A DNA stretch of 63,181 nt, filler included, from Rhabdomonas costata (lineage: Eukaryota), in the NCBI GenBank assembly GCA_019059605.1. It is 57 parts of 57 records of this genome, joined end to end, with 100 filler letters (N's around TTAATTAATTAA, not from the genome) between each part and the next. Parts side by side here need not be neighbours in the genome. Positions count along the whole stretch, not along the records: positions 25,549 to 26,559 come from JAHMHO010033739.1; positions 26,660 to 27,669 come from JAHMHO010033740.1; positions 27,770 to 28,779 come from JAHMHO010033741.1; positions 28,880 to 29,889 come from JAHMHO010033742.1; positions 29,990 to 30,999 come from JAHMHO010033743.1; positions 31,100 to 32,109 come from JAHMHO010033744.1; positions 32,210 to 33,218 come from JAHMHO010033745.1; positions 33,319 to 34,328 come from JAHMHO010033746.1; 49 more parts are not named here. One strand, 5' to 3'. Below, piece after piece: positions 25,549 through 36,962 of the stretch (position 1 is its first letter; each line of letters opens with the position of its first letter). Made by a program: the position numbers and the translations under genes. The notes below the pieces were generated by a model. The model had not been told where the DNA came from. It was given only the letters and a program-made list of their open reading frames with translations, and made no database searches.

Positions 25549-26514
25549 TGTGTGGTGGTGGCGAAGATGGGCTCCACTGTTACTCGAGGGGAAGTCCAGG
25601 CCACGGTGCTGTTCACGGGGAAGAACACGTTCTTCGGGAAGACGGCCTCCCTCTTGCAGACCGGAGACGAACTTGGCAACCTACAGAAATTGCTGATTCA
25701 GATTATGATTGTGCTCGTGGTGATCTCCCTCATTCTTTGCATCACCGCTCTCGTTTACCTTCTTACTCAAGGCGAGCACAGAGAGGCCCTGAGCTTCACG
25801 GTGGTGCTTTTGGTGGCCTCGATCCCAGTTGCGATTGAGATCGTGGTGACGACGACGCTTGCGATGGGCTCGCGACAGCTAGCCGCCCACGGTGCTATTG
25901 TCACCCGTTTGGCCGCAATCGAGGACATGGCGGGGATGAGCATCCTTTGCTCGGACAAGACCGGGACGCTGACCTTGAACAAGATGGTGATCCAGGAGCA
26001 CACCCCGACGTACGTGCCTGGGGAGACGCAGCACACGATCCTTCTTGCGGCGGCGATGGCGGCGAAGTGGCACGAGCCTCCTCGGGACGCCCTGGACACG
26101 CTTGTGCTGGGCTCTGCGAAGCTGGACGAGCTCCACAATGTGGAGCAGTTGGATTACATGCCCTTCGACCCGACGGTGAAGCGTACGGAGGGCACGGTGA
26201 GGATGCCCAATGGGGAGACCTTCAAGACGACGAAGGGTGCGCCCCACATCCTGTGCCGCCTGCTCAATGACCACGAGCTGGTCGAACGCATCGAGGCTGA
26301 CGTCAAGGACCTGGGTTCGCGAGGGATTCGGTGTCTTGCGGTGGCGAAGACGGACAAGAGTGGCAACTGGAACATGCTGGGGCTGCTGACCTTCCTGGAC
26401 CCCCCGCGTCCGGACACCAAGGACACAATCGACAAGGCCAACGTTTACGGCGTGGAGGTAAAGATGATCACAGGTGACCACCTTCTGATTGCCAAGGAGA
26501 CGGCTCGGGTTCTG
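25549..26514 (+). CDS. PMA1: P3A-type plasma-membrane H+-ATPase, internal fragment
   Basis: TGKNTFFGKTA, VASIPVA, CSDKTGTLT phosphorylation site, PFDPTVKRT, KGAP, DPPRPDT, MITGD; bases after 26514 are a fold-back chimera. Confidence 0.95.
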
Positions 26515-26694
26515 GGCAATCAGAAGGTGGTCACCTGTGATCATCTTTACCCACACACCNNNNNNNNNNNNNNNNNNNNNNNNNNNNNNNNNNNNNNNNN
26601 NNNTTAATTAATTAANNNNNNNNNNNNNNNNNNNNNNNNNNNNNNNNNNNNNNNNNNNNGGTGGGGGTTTGAGGAGGACGAGCTGGTATTTAAC

Positions 26695-27420
26695 CAGCTC
26701 GTCCTCCTCAAACTCCCGGGTCCGCCAAGCCTTTGCACGAGCCCCCAGGTTTTTCGGAGAATCCTGGGGCTTCAGCGATTCCTCCGCACTGGCGCAAAAA
26801 TGGGGAAAGACACATGATGACATGGTGGAGATGATGACGACTGGGTTTCAAGAAGTTAGTGGCAGTTTCCCACAGAGAAGCGGCGTTAATGCTTTTTGCT
26901 GCACGCTTCAGACCGCCATGCGGTAATTATGACGACTGAGAGAGAGGAAGGTCACCCTCGTTCAAAAGTTGGCTGCTGTCAACCCGCCCTTGACCGGCAC
27001 CATATTCAGAACAAAACCTGAAACAAAAGCAGCCGATATGAGGAGTATTCGTTGTGGGTTTGCGGGACCCTTCGAAGGACAATGAACAAGACCCTCACCA
27101 CACCTAAGCTGCCCAGGGGCACCCTTTCCGGTTTTTGTTCTGAGGTAGCCCTCCAGGAACTCCACAGCGGATTCCCGGAGGGTGTGCACGAACACGCCAC
27201 CCGAGGACTGCGCCAGGGAGTGGGCCCCTTCCCGGAGGTGGCGGTACAGCTGTGCCGCGCACTCTCTGGCCACGGTGTGGTCCACCCTCTGGATAGCCAG
27301 GATCGGGGGAGACTGGGGGTATCCCGCAGTGTACCTGACCAGCAGCTTGCACCGCAGCCCGCCAACGGTGATCAGAATACGGAGAGTTGGGCCCGAGAAG
27401 CAAAAGCAGATCCAGAAGAA
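26695..27420 (-). CDS. RWD-domain protein, exons 27420-27104 and 26788-~26695
   Basis: LRCKLLVRYTAGYPQSPPILAI contains the RWD YPxxxP motif followed by helices ...GGVFVHTLRESAVEFL; phase-2 GT-AG intron joins the exons. Confidence 0.65.
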
Positions 27421-27938
27421 CTGATTTGATGCAACAAGCGTTCTGTTTTTTGGGGGATACTTTCACGTTCCTCTCAAAAGCTTATGAACAGTTGGCAAAC
27501 AAGAGTGCAAAGGAGGACGCCATTGGAGCATCGGGATGGAGGCCGCGTCAAACTTGACGCAGTTACGATTAACTTCCTAACCTCCTCAAACAATACTAAC
27601 ACTGAGCACTGGAGCAGATTGAACAAAGCATGGCCTCCAAAATACTTAGATCCTTGAAACCACAAAACCNNNNNNNNNNNNNNNNNNNNNNNNNNNNNNN
27701 NNNNNNNNNNNNNTTAATTAATTAANNNNNNNNNNNNNNNNNNNNNNNNNNNNNNNNNNNNNNNNNNNNCCGCTGACGCTCCTCCCTGCTGACTACGGGA
27801 GTGGGGAAGAAAGCCTGAAGCCTGAGAGCCTGAAAGGAGCTTGGGAGAAGGACCGGGGTCTCTCGTCTTTTCGGTAAGCGAACCGAAGTGTGTTTTCGGG
27901 GCATTGAGAAAGATGAGAGGACGTTGCAGAGCGCATAC

Positions 27939-28457
27939 TTGGGCACAGGGGAGCCCGGGGGCTTCACGGTGCCGTCGGGGGAGACCACGCTGCCGTCGGC
28001 CTTCACCACGGTGTTGTCCACGTGCTTCACAGAGCCGTCGGGGTACAACAGACCCCCGTCGGGACCCAAAGTGCTCCCTAGAGCGCGGAGTGGGAGGGGA
28101 GCCTGGAGGTGGGAACACAGTTGCCTCACCCAGCACGCCCTGAAATCTGACCGGTTTCATCCTCCTTTTTGTCCTTGTCTTTTTGATGTGGTTTCCTGTA
28201 TCAAGCCCCATGAAAATCCATGAAGAAATCCATGAGCCTAAAACAAACCATGGCAACATTGGGGTACCATGTCGAAGACGACCTTGCGTTTCTGGTGGGT
28301 GTGGGAACCAGAGGGGAGCACCTACCGTCGTTCAGGCGGTACCGGCCGTCTGGGTGGGCCTCGCGGAAGATCCCCTGAGTGGTCTGCAGGCGGCCGTCCG
28401 TGAACTTCAGGCTCCCGTCAGTCACGCGGACTCGCCCATCAGGGTAGTAGAGGAACC
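27939..28457 (-). CDS. Protein with short (P)DG-turn repeats, exons 28457-28326 and 28077-27939
   Basis: YPDGRVRVTDGSLKFTDGRL...HPDGRYRLNDG joined in phase 1 to STLGPDGGLLYPDGSVKHVDNTVVKADGSVVSPDGTVK. Confidence 0.6.
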
Positions 28458-28957
28458 CTGAGCGCGTTTGGAGGCAGTGGGGGAAGGGAGTTGCCGTGAT
28501 TCACTCCATACGTGTTCGGTTCATGTGCCTATGCCACGACACGGTACGATCATCGAGGCAGCCCAGCTGGATGTGTCTGGGACCTTAGGCCCATCCTGTC
28601 GTGCACGGGACGCTTTGAGATCCTTCATTTCTCATAGTGGGCGCCAAACCGGAATCTAATCTACACAGTTTAGGTGAAAGGGAGTGTCGAGTTCTGCGTG
28701 ATCGACGCATCTAGGCTCTTTGCTTGGCCTGGTTTCGTTACAGTTTTTCAACATATCCGAGACCGCAGGCGTGCTGATCNNNNNNNNNNNNNNNNNNNNN
28801 NNNNNNNNNNNNNNNNNNNNNNNTTAATTAATTAANNNNNNNNNNNNNNNNNNNNNNNNNNNNNNNNNNNNNNNNNNNNTGTTGGGTTGTGAGCTTGCGA
28901 GCGATACTGAGTTGATTTTGAGTGTGTTTGTCCGTTTGTTTGTCTATGCGGACGCAG

Positions 28958-29673
28958 GCGTATTGTTACGGGCGGGGCTGATCACTGCGTGAAAGTGTGG
29001 AGGTACGCAAAAGACCCGGGCCTGCTTCGCCCTCATTAAATTGCGGCGCTTCCTTTTGTTAATTATGTGTGCATTAGTGTCCTTTAGGGGATCGCAGGTC
29101 GCTGTAACTTCGAAGGTTCATTTTGAGAAGCTGGGGATATCTCAGAATATGTTTTTCGTACGAGCCATTTTTACCATTAAAGTGATTTTGTTGCCCGTGC
29201 TTGCTCTTCTGGCCAGCGAAGGCCACGTTTGCTGGATAGAACCCGCAGAGCCCTCATCCTGAGGGCGGTGTGTGTGTGTGGGGGGGTGGTGGTTACATTG
29301 CATTTTTTTGCGGCTTCTGTTCACCATTCCTTTCCATTAGAACTGTTGGAGTCTTGAGCCTGTCCAGGGCTCTGCACATGATATGACAGCGACCTTCGCT
29401 GAATCCAAGACCACACCCGGCAGATGTTTTCCATTTATCGCTATAAGAAACATAGATGGGCCCTAGGGACGCTTTTCGCCCCAGTGCTTGTGCTCCATTG
29501 TCTTGCCTTTCCTCCTGAAAACGGCAAAAAGGTTTTTGGAGAAAGCCGGCGCTTTGGGGGGCTCGCGGTGGGAGCTGGAGACGGTGCTGCGGGGGCACTC
29601 GGACTGGGTACGGGACGTGAAGTGGGCGGGCAACGTGGGCCTGCCCTTCACGACAATAGCCAGCTGCGGACAG
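28958..29673 (+). CDS. SEC13: SEC13 WD40 protein, exons 28958-29002 and 29532-29673
   Basis: RIVTGGADHCVKVW spliced (phase 2) to ...LRGHSDWVRDVKWAGNVGLPFTTIASCGQ, matching the Sec13 signature HSDWVRDVAW...GLP...IASC. Confidence 0.92.
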
Positions 29674-32600
29674 GTCCGCGTCGTCCCTTCCAGTCTTCCA
29701 GAAGCAGAGCCAGGGGATAGCGGGAGAGTGGGCGTGTCTGCCTGTGTGCGCGCTTTTGCGTGTATCGTAAAGTGGGCAACCTTCTTTGTCTTTGTAGTGG
29801 TTGCGGATGGAGCCTGAGCTCGGTCTACACACCAGCGAAGGCCCGGAAAAGGAAACTACTTTAGTGAAAACAATTATGCATAATAAGCANNNNNNNNNNN
29901 NNNNNNNNNNNNNNNNNNNNNNNNNNNNNNNNNTTAATTAATTAANNNNNNNNNNNNNNNNNNNNNNNNNNNNNNNNNNNNNNNNNNNNGTTTTTTGTCT
30001 GTGTTCCCGATGGAATGAAAACGGACTCTGTAGACTCCTCGATATGCAGAATACACATATTTGAAAGTTCTGTTCTTGTTTTGCTTTCTTCCTTGGCACT
30101 GTTGGGAGAAAGGAGAGCAGAACGCAAGTAACCATAGGGTTCACTGAAACACGTTCCGGTCCCCCCTTGAAGGAGGGTACGGTGGTGGTGGCGATACATG
30201 AGGAAAGGCAAGACGCCGAGCGTAGGGGCGCGCGACTTGCAATTGCAGTCATGTCTTCTTAGAATTTTTTCTACAGCGGGCATAGAGGGGGATAGGCACG
30301 TCATAGTGCCTGAGAAACACCTTCAAATTCCAGGAATTGTCAGAAATGCAATCCTACCCCAACAACAACCCGCGTAGTATCATCGAACCTTTGGATGGGG
30401 CCGGATGGACCTAAAAATGGTCAAAATATCTGAAGACAACCTGAGAAATGCGCACACTACAATTGCCACCCCAGTGCCATGCAATGCACGAGCCTTTCTC
30501 TGTGCGCCTATCTGCATATCCGAGGAATGCCGAGGCTTCTCAAAACATACTCCGGCTCCACTAGCCCCACCAAAATGTAAACCACTGCTCACCCACAGCT
30601 CATCTATATTCGAAGAAGAAGCTCCCGGAAGACTGTCAATCCTTGGAGTAGTAGCAGTCACCAACACTAGTCAGAAGTGATGTTCGAAGCAGCAGCAAGC
30701 GGCTTACGACGGTGCCCTTGCCGGGAAGGTTCGGGTGGCACGGAGCATGCGGTCGTGCTCCTGCACCATCTCAAAGTGCTGCAGGCGAAGCACGGCCCGC
30801 TCCACGTCCTCCGTTGAGGGCGGCCGGACGCTACCTGCCGTACTGCAACGGAGAACAGCGGGAGTTGTAAAAACGAGTTCAGTCCAGAAATAAAACGACC
30901 CAACAATCTAAAACCAGCGAAAAATTTTATGGCAAGGGTGCCCAGAAGTTGAGATACCAGTTACCATCTAATCGTACGAAATGCTGCAATCTGACCAAAN
31001 NNNNNNNNNNNNNNNNNNNNNNNNNNNNNNNNNNNNNNNNNNNTTAATTAATTAANNNNNNNNNNNNNNNNNNNNNNNNNNNNNNNNNNNNNNNNNNNNC
31101 CGAAGCCGAGGGTCATCTCCTGCTCCACCAGCCAAGTCAGGTCGTGATGAGTTTTCTGTTGTGTTGCTTCTTCTTCGAGCCACGCAAAAAATTGTATCAC
31201 CTGTTCCATTCGAAATGAGCATTTGCGCAATGAGGGTGAAGGCAGTCAACAGGCGTATTGCAATGCTTTTTGTGCATTCGATGATACTCCCGCAGGATCT
31301 TCTTTCTGCGCTGTGCTTCAAGATTTCCATTGCCAAAGCTCATCTTTATCACTCTCTGTTCGTTTTGAGTTGGTACGCGCTATGTTTATCCGCTTTGACT
31401 CTTCAGGGAATCGTGAGGCCGACCTTTCGAAGACAAGGCCCACACGCTCTCCTCGGCGAGTGGACGAACGAGACGAACGGTTGTGTCCTCTTCCACCGTC
31501 GTTCCCCCACCTTAACCTCCTGTGGCTTGCAATGGCATATCGATTCCATTCTTCATCCCTGCGGGCAAGCCTCGCGACCGCCCTCAAAGGGCATACCCGT
31601 TCGACAAGCTTTCTTTTGCGGGCTGCTGGTTTATAGCTATGGGTGTTAGTGGGAGAATGAAGCCTATGTTTCCTGGCCCCCTCTGGTGAGACAAGCATGC
31701 TGCTACGCTTGTAGAAATTCTGCGTCGGACTATCCATAAAATTCCCAGACCATTCGAAAGCAACAACTTCCCCATGCAGGCTTGACGCCATGTGTGGTGC
31801 AGGCACAACCTCCCTTCTGGGCTTCTGGACGACACAGAGTGTGCTCCAGAAGCCTCCACTGGTTTTGTTTTTACTGAAGACGTCGCCTTTTGCTTTTTGT
31901 TTCGGGTGAGACGACAGGCAACCATCACACAGAAAAAGGTAGGAGGCGGGTTAGGGGCAACTCACTTTGGAATCAATGTTTCAGCTAACCTCACCTTCCT
32001 CAGTGCTTCCTCTTCTCCGGTCTGCTGACGTGCATTCCCCATTCCCTGCTCCCCTGTATCCCCTGTATTTTGCTCAGTCAGTCCACCACAACCCACACAC
32101 ACCCAACACNNNNNNNNNNNNNNNNNNNNNNNNNNNNNNNNNNNNNNNNNNNNTTAATTAATTAANNNNNNNNNNNNNNNNNNNNNNNNNNNNNNNNNNN
32201 NNNNNNNNNTGTTTTGTGTTATGATGTTGCACGTTTATCGCCACCCCCCTCCTCCCAGCTGTGTGTGTGCATGACCTGAAATGTAGTAAGGCAGCAAAAT
32301 CTGAGCGTTGATTGGGAGGGAAAGAGCTGTTCACAGACCACCCCATCTACGAAGATGGTTGGAATGTGGTGGGTAGTGGTGGCACTGCACAATTTGGACG
32401 CGGACGCTGAACTCCATCTGTTGCACATTGCTGTGCATTGCGGATACTTTGAGCCCTTCTGAGGAGGTGCGAGATGCGCTGCGAATTGCGGCAAATCATG
32501 CCAAATTGCAATTAAGGAAATATTTTTTTGCACGCGTAGAATTTTTAACAGGGTTTTGTGGCTTCTTTCTTTTGGCCCCTGCCGCTTTTCGGTTTTTAAG

Positions 32601-33837
32601 GGGCCTTGCCCCACAAAATCAATGCGCGGTGGTCATTGCACCCTTGGCGGGTATCTGCATGCTTGCGTATGGGCAGCTCGCCGTGAAAATTCCTGCCTCT
32701 TGGACTTTTTTGCGCACCGGTGTGGGGTTGGGGTGTATCCCAACTCCCGATATAACCAAAGATGTTCATGTGCATGGTGAACAGCCTCGCACACGCGCAC
32801 GCCACACGCACCAACAATTAAACAACCCGGAGGACAGTCTGGACTGATCCACATTTGGGAACAAGTCGCAAGCACTTGCGTTTTTACGAACCTTGTCTGT
32901 TTTGTTTGGGACGAGCCATTAGGCATTTTTCCGGACAATCAATGCAAAACGGACTTTCCAGTTGCGGTGATCAATCAAGCGTTGATAGTCCATAGTGGGC
33001 GGTAAAAATGCCCTTGTGGGAGAGATGTCTTGCAAATTTTAAATGGAAAAAATGAGTCTCCCTTTCCCTTTATGACCATCCATCCCAGTACCCTTTTCCT
33101 TTACAACCCGCCACCCTCCCCTCTCCAATTCCCGTCGAACCCCTGTGAAGCGAAACGCATTAAATGGCCACCCCATCGCAATTTCCAACTCCCCAGCTCT
33201 CCACACCACACCCACCCCNNNNNNNNNNNNNNNNNNNNNNNNNNNNNNNNNNNNNNNNNNNNTTAATTAATTAANNNNNNNNNNNNNNNNNNNNNNNNNN
33301 NNNNNNNNNNNNNNNNNNGGGGTGGGGCTGGGATGGGATGAGGTATGATGGAGTGTTTTATGGAATACCGGTGGTTGTTGATTGTTTGGTTTTTCGGTTG
33401 TGAGAGAGGCGAGCTCGCTAAGCGCAGATCCATTAGCGCGGTTCATCAGCATGAGCATCCACGAATCCTCAGGGAACGGCCGCGGAAAGTGGTCCCTGCG
33501 CACCAGAATCTGGGCCTTCCAGTGGATGGGAAATGTACCCGGTGCCCGCCCCATGAAATCCTTTCTTTATCCTTTCTTTATTGTCAATTATATTCCTCTG
33601 TAAAGTGGACCGGCCGAGGGTGAAAGGTCAGGAAACTCTGACCCCAGGGACTGGCCACGCAGCGTGTCGGGTGGCCTGATGTATATACAAAGACCCCAGT
33701 CCCGCTTCGGCGTAGCCCTCTGTCAAAGCCTTGTTTCCAGCTTGTAAAGTGTTAAGTAGTGAGAAAAACTTCCGGCATGGGCGAAGGATAATCCTTACTT
33801 GAGCAAGAGCAGCAATCCTCTCACATTACTGTGAGCC

Positions 33838-34328
33838 GTGGTCCTGCTCTCGATATGCTGCTCCTGTCACAGGAAAAATTTCGATTTCTCACTGGAGGAA
33901 GTCATCACAACCCCCAACAGCAGGATATCACAGCAGCAGGCAAGGGAAATGAATATGCTCATCAGAAAGAAAACGGATTTTATCAGGGGGATTATAGATG
34001 ACCAGGAGAAGGAAAAAAACAGGTATACACCCGAGCAGATTATCAGAATATACAGCCAGAGGGAAGAGAGCCATCTGATTGCTGATTATGTGGATAATAT
34101 GATATGCAAGGGATATATACGCAAATCCACGGGGGAGATGTGCAAGGCACTCCTCATACAGATAGCAGGCTTCAGCAAGGATAAAAAAAAGGCGGTATGC
34201 TTCGATGAGATAACCTACAAATGGCTGGTGGACTTTCAGGTGTACCTGCATTCGCTCAATTATACCCCCCATATGGTAAATACGTATATCAGGGTGCTGC
34301 ACAGGATATGCAATATGGCCCCAACAAC
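33838..34328 (+). mobile_element. N-terminal SAM-like (core-binding) region of a Bacteroidota-type tyrosine integrase, partial and possibly degenerate
   Basis: FDEITYKWLVDFQVYLHSLNYTPHMVNTYIRVLHRICNMA fits the integrase N-terminal SAM-like pattern; intronless; catalytic domain not on the contig; no clean start. Confidence 0.7.
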
Positions 34329-35738
34329 NNNNNNNNNNNNNNNNNNNNNNNNNNNNNNNNNNNNNNNNNNNNTTAATTAATTAANNNNNNNNNNNNNNNN
34401 NNNNNNNNNNNNNNNNNNNNNNNNNNNNATACGGGGGCTGGGGGGGGTCGAATTTTTGGTGGAAAAATGCCCTAAAATGGGGGCAAAACCAAGCAAGATG
34501 GGCTAAAAATGGCCAAAAACAGCGAACAGCGAGCCTAAATTATGGCCCGGGCACCAGGGTCGGTGGAAGTGGAGTATTTTAAACGCTTTATGGTAACCAG
34601 TCATAATAGGGAGGAAACAGGACCTGGAGAAGCGTTTGCACACGAGATGGTGAATTATTATCCATCTTTCCACAGTGATGGCCCCTTTTAAAATCGAGCG
34701 TTGTCACTTCTTTTGTTAATGCTACCGTGCGCGCATTTCTCTCTGATCATTCATCATTCCCTTGTTGCTTCTTGCCCTTGCCCTTGAATCTGAATTGATC
34801 CCTCAGCTGGGCCCTTGGGTGGAACCAAGTGGGTGAAGCTTTTTTTGGCTTCTACACGGTGGTGCAAGCACATCCCACAGTTGAGAAGTGCTTTACACTG
34901 TGATTGGGTATGTTGGAGCTTGGCATGGCAGAAACTTCTTTGTGGTTCGATCTAGGCTGTGGCAGTGGCAGACCGTCAGGCTATCCTTGCCTTGGCCGAC
35001 TCCGCAGCGGAGTGGCTGCTGGACGACACGCTTCCCCAGGTGGCCCAGACTTATACGGATCGTCTGGCCAAGCTCAAGCAGGACGTCATGGTGCGCCTTC
35101 CGCTGTGTGCTTCTCACAATGGGGCAGGGGCACTGCGTTTGGGCTCAGTGGTGAGCCTGTGGTGCTGATTTTGATAGTTTTTCTGAGCAGCTCAAGTTCC
35201 CCATAGGGTATTCCTGTTAGTTATTCTGTGGGCAGCTCGCTCGAAATGTGATGACGCAGTGAAATGAGAATGGATATATGTGCGAAGAAGACCCACACCC
35301 TTTGTCGTCCTGCCACAATTCCGGTTCCATTGGATTCGGTGCTGCTGGATATCATGGGCATGAGTATAGAAGTAGGCATAGGAGGTTGTGGAAGGTGTTT
35401 GTGCAATGGCCGCTTCACAGACGAAGTAAACAAACACCNNNNNNNNNNNNNNNNNNNNNNNNNNNNNNNNNNNNNNNNNNNNTTAATTAATTAANNNNNN
35501 NNNNNNNNNNNNNNNNNNNNNNNNNNNNNNNNNNNNNNGTGTGTGGGTGGGTATGGAGGGTGGTTTCGTTTACCTTCCGTGGTTGGTCGTCAAGTTCTCT
35601 CCCACTTCTTCTGGCCAGAAGTTGGCACGCCGTCCCGTCGCTCCCGTCGTTTTTTTGGGTTGGAGGGTGCTCTTTTTCTTGGGGGTTTTGACCGCCGCGG
35701 TTTTGTGTGTTTATCTACCCCAACGGCATTTTCTGCAG

Positions 35739-36415
35739 CAACTACGTGCTGCCCTCGCTGGAGGCTGTGCAAGCCGCTGCGGACAGTGCAACTTTTGACA
35801 CCGACTTCCAAAGTGGTTGGCCGCCGCCGCTTCCTCCTCCTCCTCCTTCATCCTGTCTTCTCGCGCTTTATCGGTTTATCAAGCAGCATTTGCAAACAGG
35901 GCTGTTATTGTCGGTCCGTTTGCAAATTCGAGTTGCAGTGATTCAGTAGTTTTCTCTGAACACCCAATTGGTGCGTTCAAAACCTTCAAAGGATTAAGTG
36001 TGGGGAAGCGACCGTATCCCCACCCAATTCGCCAAAAAACATGGACACTGCGTGCGGGATCTTAATGGAAACCTTCTTGGAAATATTTTGAGGCTGAACC
36101 GACTGTGAGGCTGGACCGAAAACGTCATCGATAAGCGCACCAGTTAGGAGTTAAGGTAGCGTTTGGAGGAACTTCTCCATCTGATTATTCTCCTCTGGAG
36201 ATGGCCAAAACCCTCCCCACCTCATGATGGTGGTGCCCTGGATATCCCCAGATGTGCTGGACGCCGACGGGGAATCGGCATACCCCATTGTGGGGTTCTC
36301 CAGCTTTGTGGTGCAGAGGGCACCCCGGGTCACCGCGACGGCAGGCTGTGAGGAGCTCAACGCCACCCTGAGCTTCATCCGCTGGACCTCCGCGGACAAC
36401 CACATCCAGGCCCTG
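35739..36415 (+). CDS. PstS-like periplasmic-binding-protein domain, exons 35739-~35815 and 36201-36415
   Basis: NYVLPSLEAVQAAA then DADGESAYPIVGFSSFVV...LSFIRW follow the PstS C-terminal pattern; phase-1 compatible splice sites. Confidence 0.6.
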
Positions 36416-36878
36416 GTGCGGCGCTCCTTCGGGGGATATCTCACTGAATTTTTGCCTTGCACCTCGGAAACCTTCGATGGCACTTTTTCGCTCTTTGTTT
36501 CTCTCTTCTGTGCGCATCTCTTTCATGTTGTCAAAAGTTGCACTGTCCNNNNNNNNNNNNNNNNNNNNNNNNNNNNNNNNNNNNNNNNNNNNTTAATTAA
36601 TTAANNNNNNNNNNNNNNNNNNNNNNNNNNNNNNNNNNNNNNNNNNNNTGTGGGGTGGAAAGGGAGCTGTCAGGGGTGGAGGCTCAGCGTTGGCCGCAGC
36701 CCTTGCGAAGGGTTGCGGTTCTCGGGGAGGTCGCCGAGGCGGGTGGCCAGCGGCTCGCGGAAGGAGAGCCTGACGACCGGGATGAGCCAGGTGGTCCACC
36801 AATCACAGAACGTTGGATTGTAGGCCACATACGAATTTCTGGTGCAGATTGCTGGTGAATGCAAGGTGTCACATTGAA

Positions 36879-36962
36879 AATGGTAATGGTCATGGTAATG
36901 GTCATGGTAATGGTAATGGTAATGGTAATGGTAATGGTAATGGTAATGGTAATGGTACTGGT
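36879..36962. repeat. (AATGGT)n hexanucleotide microsatellite with CATGGT/ACTGGT variants
   Basis: About 14 tandem units visible. Confidence 0.9.

Noticed and set aside
26457-26551. 37-bp inverted repeat in the H+-ATPase gene
   Set aside because: The right arm replaces conserved coding sequence after MITGD...ARVLG with the reverse complement of upstream codons, a clear chimera
25879-26556. 225-aa minus-strand ORF and similar long antisense ORFs over GC-rich exons
   Set aside because: Shadow frames of real genes with GC-rich third positions; its start lies in the chimeric arm
26667-26713. 21-bp inverted repeat at contig start
   Set aside because: Mirror copy of exon sequence directly adjoining the G/T primer end; fold-back artefact
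31318-31806. RVCPLRAV as a DIRS/Crypton tyrosine-recombinase motif
   Set aside because: No accompanying HSxR or catalytic Tyr motifs; a single short match is insufficient
36879-36962. (AATGGT)n as a telomeric repeat or Gly-Asn/His-Tyr coding repeat
   Set aside because: Internal, short, not a telomere motif I recognise, and no supported exon context
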